DNA from: Promethearchaeota archaeon
GTDB lineage: Archaea > Asgardarchaeota > Lokiarchaeia > Sigyniarchaeales > SOKP01
DNA: 30,070 nt
NCBI GenBank assembly: GCA_048938445.1
Contig: JBHLME010000051.1
Location: 1 to 30,070, forward strand
Reading direction: 5' to 3'
In this document: one piece after another, positions 28,092 through 30,070 of the stretch
Layout of the letters: every line of letters starts with the position of its first letter
Position numbering within the stretch: the first letter of the stretch is position 1
The notes under the pieces: model-generated
What the model saw: only the letters and a program-made list of their open reading frames with translations
What the model was told of the DNA's origin: nothing
The model's database searches: none
Made by a program: the position numbers and the translations under genes

Positions 28092-28931
28092 TTAGGTTAA
28101 CTCAAAGAGATCTTCGATCTTACAATTTAATACTCGAGCAATTTTATAAGCTAATGCTAAACTTGGATTGTATCGTCCTTCTATTAAGTAATTTATTGTT
28201 TCAATGGGTACCCCAACCTTTTCTGCTAGGTCTGATTCCGTGAAGTTTGCATTTTCCATGCGTTCCTTAATTGTAGTTCTTAGTTTTTCACCTTCTCGCA
28301 TTTTTGACATGATATAACTTATGAAATTATCAAATGCGAGTTCTTCTGGTTTAAAGATCTTATCTTCCAATCCACTGGGAATCTGCGAATATTTTGTCAA
28401 CATTTCATTAATTTTATTTTCAATGACATGTGGATCCTTTAATCCAGGGATATATCCTTCAGGTCTAATTTTTCCTCCCTGTCCTCCTCCAGCACCACTT
28501 GATCCCGCTGTTTCAATTTTAACAGTAAAAATTTTAAACATCCTGTCGAAAATTCCATTTACAATCGTAATATTCTGTATTCTACTATAAGGAATGGTAG
28601 CTCTAGTGCGAGTCAGGACACCATGATTAACTATAATCTTATCCTCTATGATTCTATAAGAAAATCTTCGGACATAAGCCGAATAATATATAGCAGTTAA
28701 GATCACCGCCGCAATATAAGGAATAATGCCTCCTAACACGATAATCCAGAGAGACCATTCCAATCCTAAATTAAATTCCGCCTCAACTATATCAATGCCT
28801 ATGATCATTAATACAATCCATAGCAAGTTTGGGACAATAATCAAGCCATAAATAAAGAAATTTTTTAGAATTTGTTTTTTTCTGAAATCTCTTGAGATTG
28901 TTCCTTCATATGAAAGCTCATCTTTACTCAT
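28092..28931 (-). CDS. Membrane protein: 2 TM + bacterial PH domain (bPH_2/YdbS-like) + C-terminal XRE HTH
   Basis: SYRIIEDKIIVNHGVLTRTRATIPYSRIQNITIVNGIFDRMFKIFTVKIETAG is the bPH_2 pattern; LAEKVGVPIETINYLIEGRYNPSLALAYKIARVL is an XRE HTH. Confidence 0.87.
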   Translation of the reverse strand: MSKDELSYEGTISRDFRKKQILKNFFIYGLIIVPNLLWIVLMIIGIDIVEAEFNLGLEWSLWIIVLGGIIPYIAAVILTAIYYSAYVRRFSYRIIEDKIIVNHGVLTRTRATIPYSRIQNITIVNGIFDRMFKIFTVKIETAGSSGAGGGQGGKIRPEGYIPGLKDPHVIENKINEMLTKYSQIPSGLEDKIFKPEELAFDNFISYIMSKMREGEKLRTTIKERMENANFTESDLAEKVGVPIETINYLIEGRYNPSLALAYKIARVLNCKIEDLFELT

Positions 28932-29001
28932 TTTTTAATTTTTCACCTTTTTTTTTTTATTGTTTTAAATTTTATAAAATTAAAAAAAATTAATTAATTA
29001 A

Positions 29002-29748
29002 TTAAGTTTTTCCGTGCCTCTTGAATAGTAGTATTGCAATTATAATTATGACCATTGTAATGATCAAATTAATAGCAAAATCAATCCAAATATTAAAATT
29101 GGTCAAAGCAATTCCATCAAAGATTAGTGTTAAAGCATCCATAGGATAATAGACTGGCATGAATTTTCTAAATAATTCTGCTTCAGGAAGTGTAAAAAAC
29201 ATTATATTTAGCTGTGGCATGCTATAAAGATTCGCATATCCAGATCCATTTTGAATGGTTTTAGCCAGAATTGCACATATAAGTCCAAATCCAATTGTAC
29301 CTATATAAAAAATCGTTATAATTAAACCTGCCAACGCGATTCCTGCAACACTTGCATTATACTGAAAACCAGTGAGAGCTATGAATACTGATAGTAATCC
29401 GATTTGCACAATAGCTATAATGCTGTTTGTAATAATAACACTTCCTAAAAATTCTTTAGCAGTAGTCGGTGTAGTGTATATTCTTTTTAACAATCCTTCT
29501 CCTTTTACCTGAGAGAATGATATAGAAACAAATATCATACCTACAAGAGCGGGCATTACAAGTAATCCTGGAACCATTGTATCAAATATGGTCTTTCCAG
29601 ACATTGGAACGGACACTTTTCCAGTAAACAAGTATAACATACCACCTATCATTAGAGGAAAGAGTAATAGCATTACAAGATAACCTGGTTGCCTCATTAG
29701 TTTTTTAAATTGAATATTTAAACTGGCCATAACTCTTTGCGTCTTCAT
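29002..29748 (-). CDS. ABC-2 type exporter permease
   Basis: Six TM helices; MVPGLL, GEGLLKRIYTTP and FMPVYYPMDAL motifs; ATGA overlap with the ATPase gene. Confidence 0.9.
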   Translation of the reverse strand: MKTQRVMASLNIQFKKLMRQPGYLVMLLLFPLMIGGMLYLFTGKVSVPMSGKTIFDTMVPGLLVMPALVGMIFVSISFSQVKGEGLLKRIYTTPTTAKEFLGSVIITNSIIAIVQIGLLSVFIALTGFQYNASVAGIALAGLIITIFYIGTIGFGLICAILAKTIQNGSGYANLYSMPQLNIMFFTLPEAELFRKFMPVYYPMDALTLIFDGIALTNFNIWIDFAINLIITMVIIIIAILLFKRHGKT

Positions 29749-30070
29749 TGTTCAATCCCCTCCAAGATTCTTCTTCCTGTTATTTTTATGAATACTTCTT
29801 CCAAATTTTTAGATTCATGCATTTCCATTAATTCTTTTGGAGTACCTACTGCAACTAACTTTCCATAATCAATAATTGCGACTCTATCGCAGAGTATTTC
29901 AGCTTCTTCGATATAATGAGTCGTTAAAATGATTGTTTTATCAGTTTGCTTTAAGGATCCTATAAAATTCCATATAGCTCGTCGAGCTCGTGGATCCATT
30001 CCGACTGTAGGTTCATCTAAAAAGAGAATTTGTGGATCATTTATTAATGCAATTAGGAGATTTAATTTTC
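29745..30070 (-). CDS. ABC transporter ATP-binding protein (DrrA-like), C-terminal part; 5' end outside the window
   Basis: The frame stays open to the edge: KLNLLIALINDPQILFLDEPTVGMDPRARR (Walker B/D-loop), LTTHYIEEAE (H-loop), LEEVFIKITG. Confidence 0.95.
   Translation of the reverse strand, partial: KLNLLIALINDPQILFLDEPTVGMDPRARRAIWNFIGSLKQTDKTIILTTHYIEEAEILCDRVAIIDYGKLVAVGTPKELMEMHESKNLEEVFIKITGRRILEGIEQ

Overview
AT-rich archaeal DNA, most likely from an Asgard archaeon (Lokiarchaeia/Promethearchaeia-like). This is inferred from three longin-like domains, GGTGA/GAGGT-type Shine-Dalgarno sites, TATA boxes, oligo-T terminators and a bacterial-type Hsp70 system. Nearly all genes are on the minus strand. 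Left (1-10 kb): a P-type ATPase cut by the window edge, an MFS transporter, a coiled-coil/winged-helix protein, a five-gene operon (FAD oxidoreductase, HdrD-like Fe-S protein, FAD oxidoreductase, SCP2, AttH/CrtC-like protein) and a stand-alone longin-like protein. Middle (10-21 kb): an accessory region of membrane proteins of unknown function. It holds three tandem 5-TM paralogs, a membrane-anchored kelch propeller built from near-identical 213-bp repeats with variable loops, a Zn-ribbon membrane protein, a small 2-TM protein, and a tandemly duplicated module of a triple-wHTH regulator plus a 7TM-longin fusion. Six of these genes share a 21-bp promoter element (TGTAAAAAATCmGTCCATATT) just upstream of their TATA boxes. 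Right (21-30 kb): ABC-2 exporter genes, a membrane bPH-HTH fusion, an XRE regulator, and grpE-dnaK-dnaJ-clpB, with a 77-nt tRNA-like element between dnaK and dnaJ. No CRISPR array, rRNA or transposase was seen. All family calls come from visual motif recognition, not database searches.
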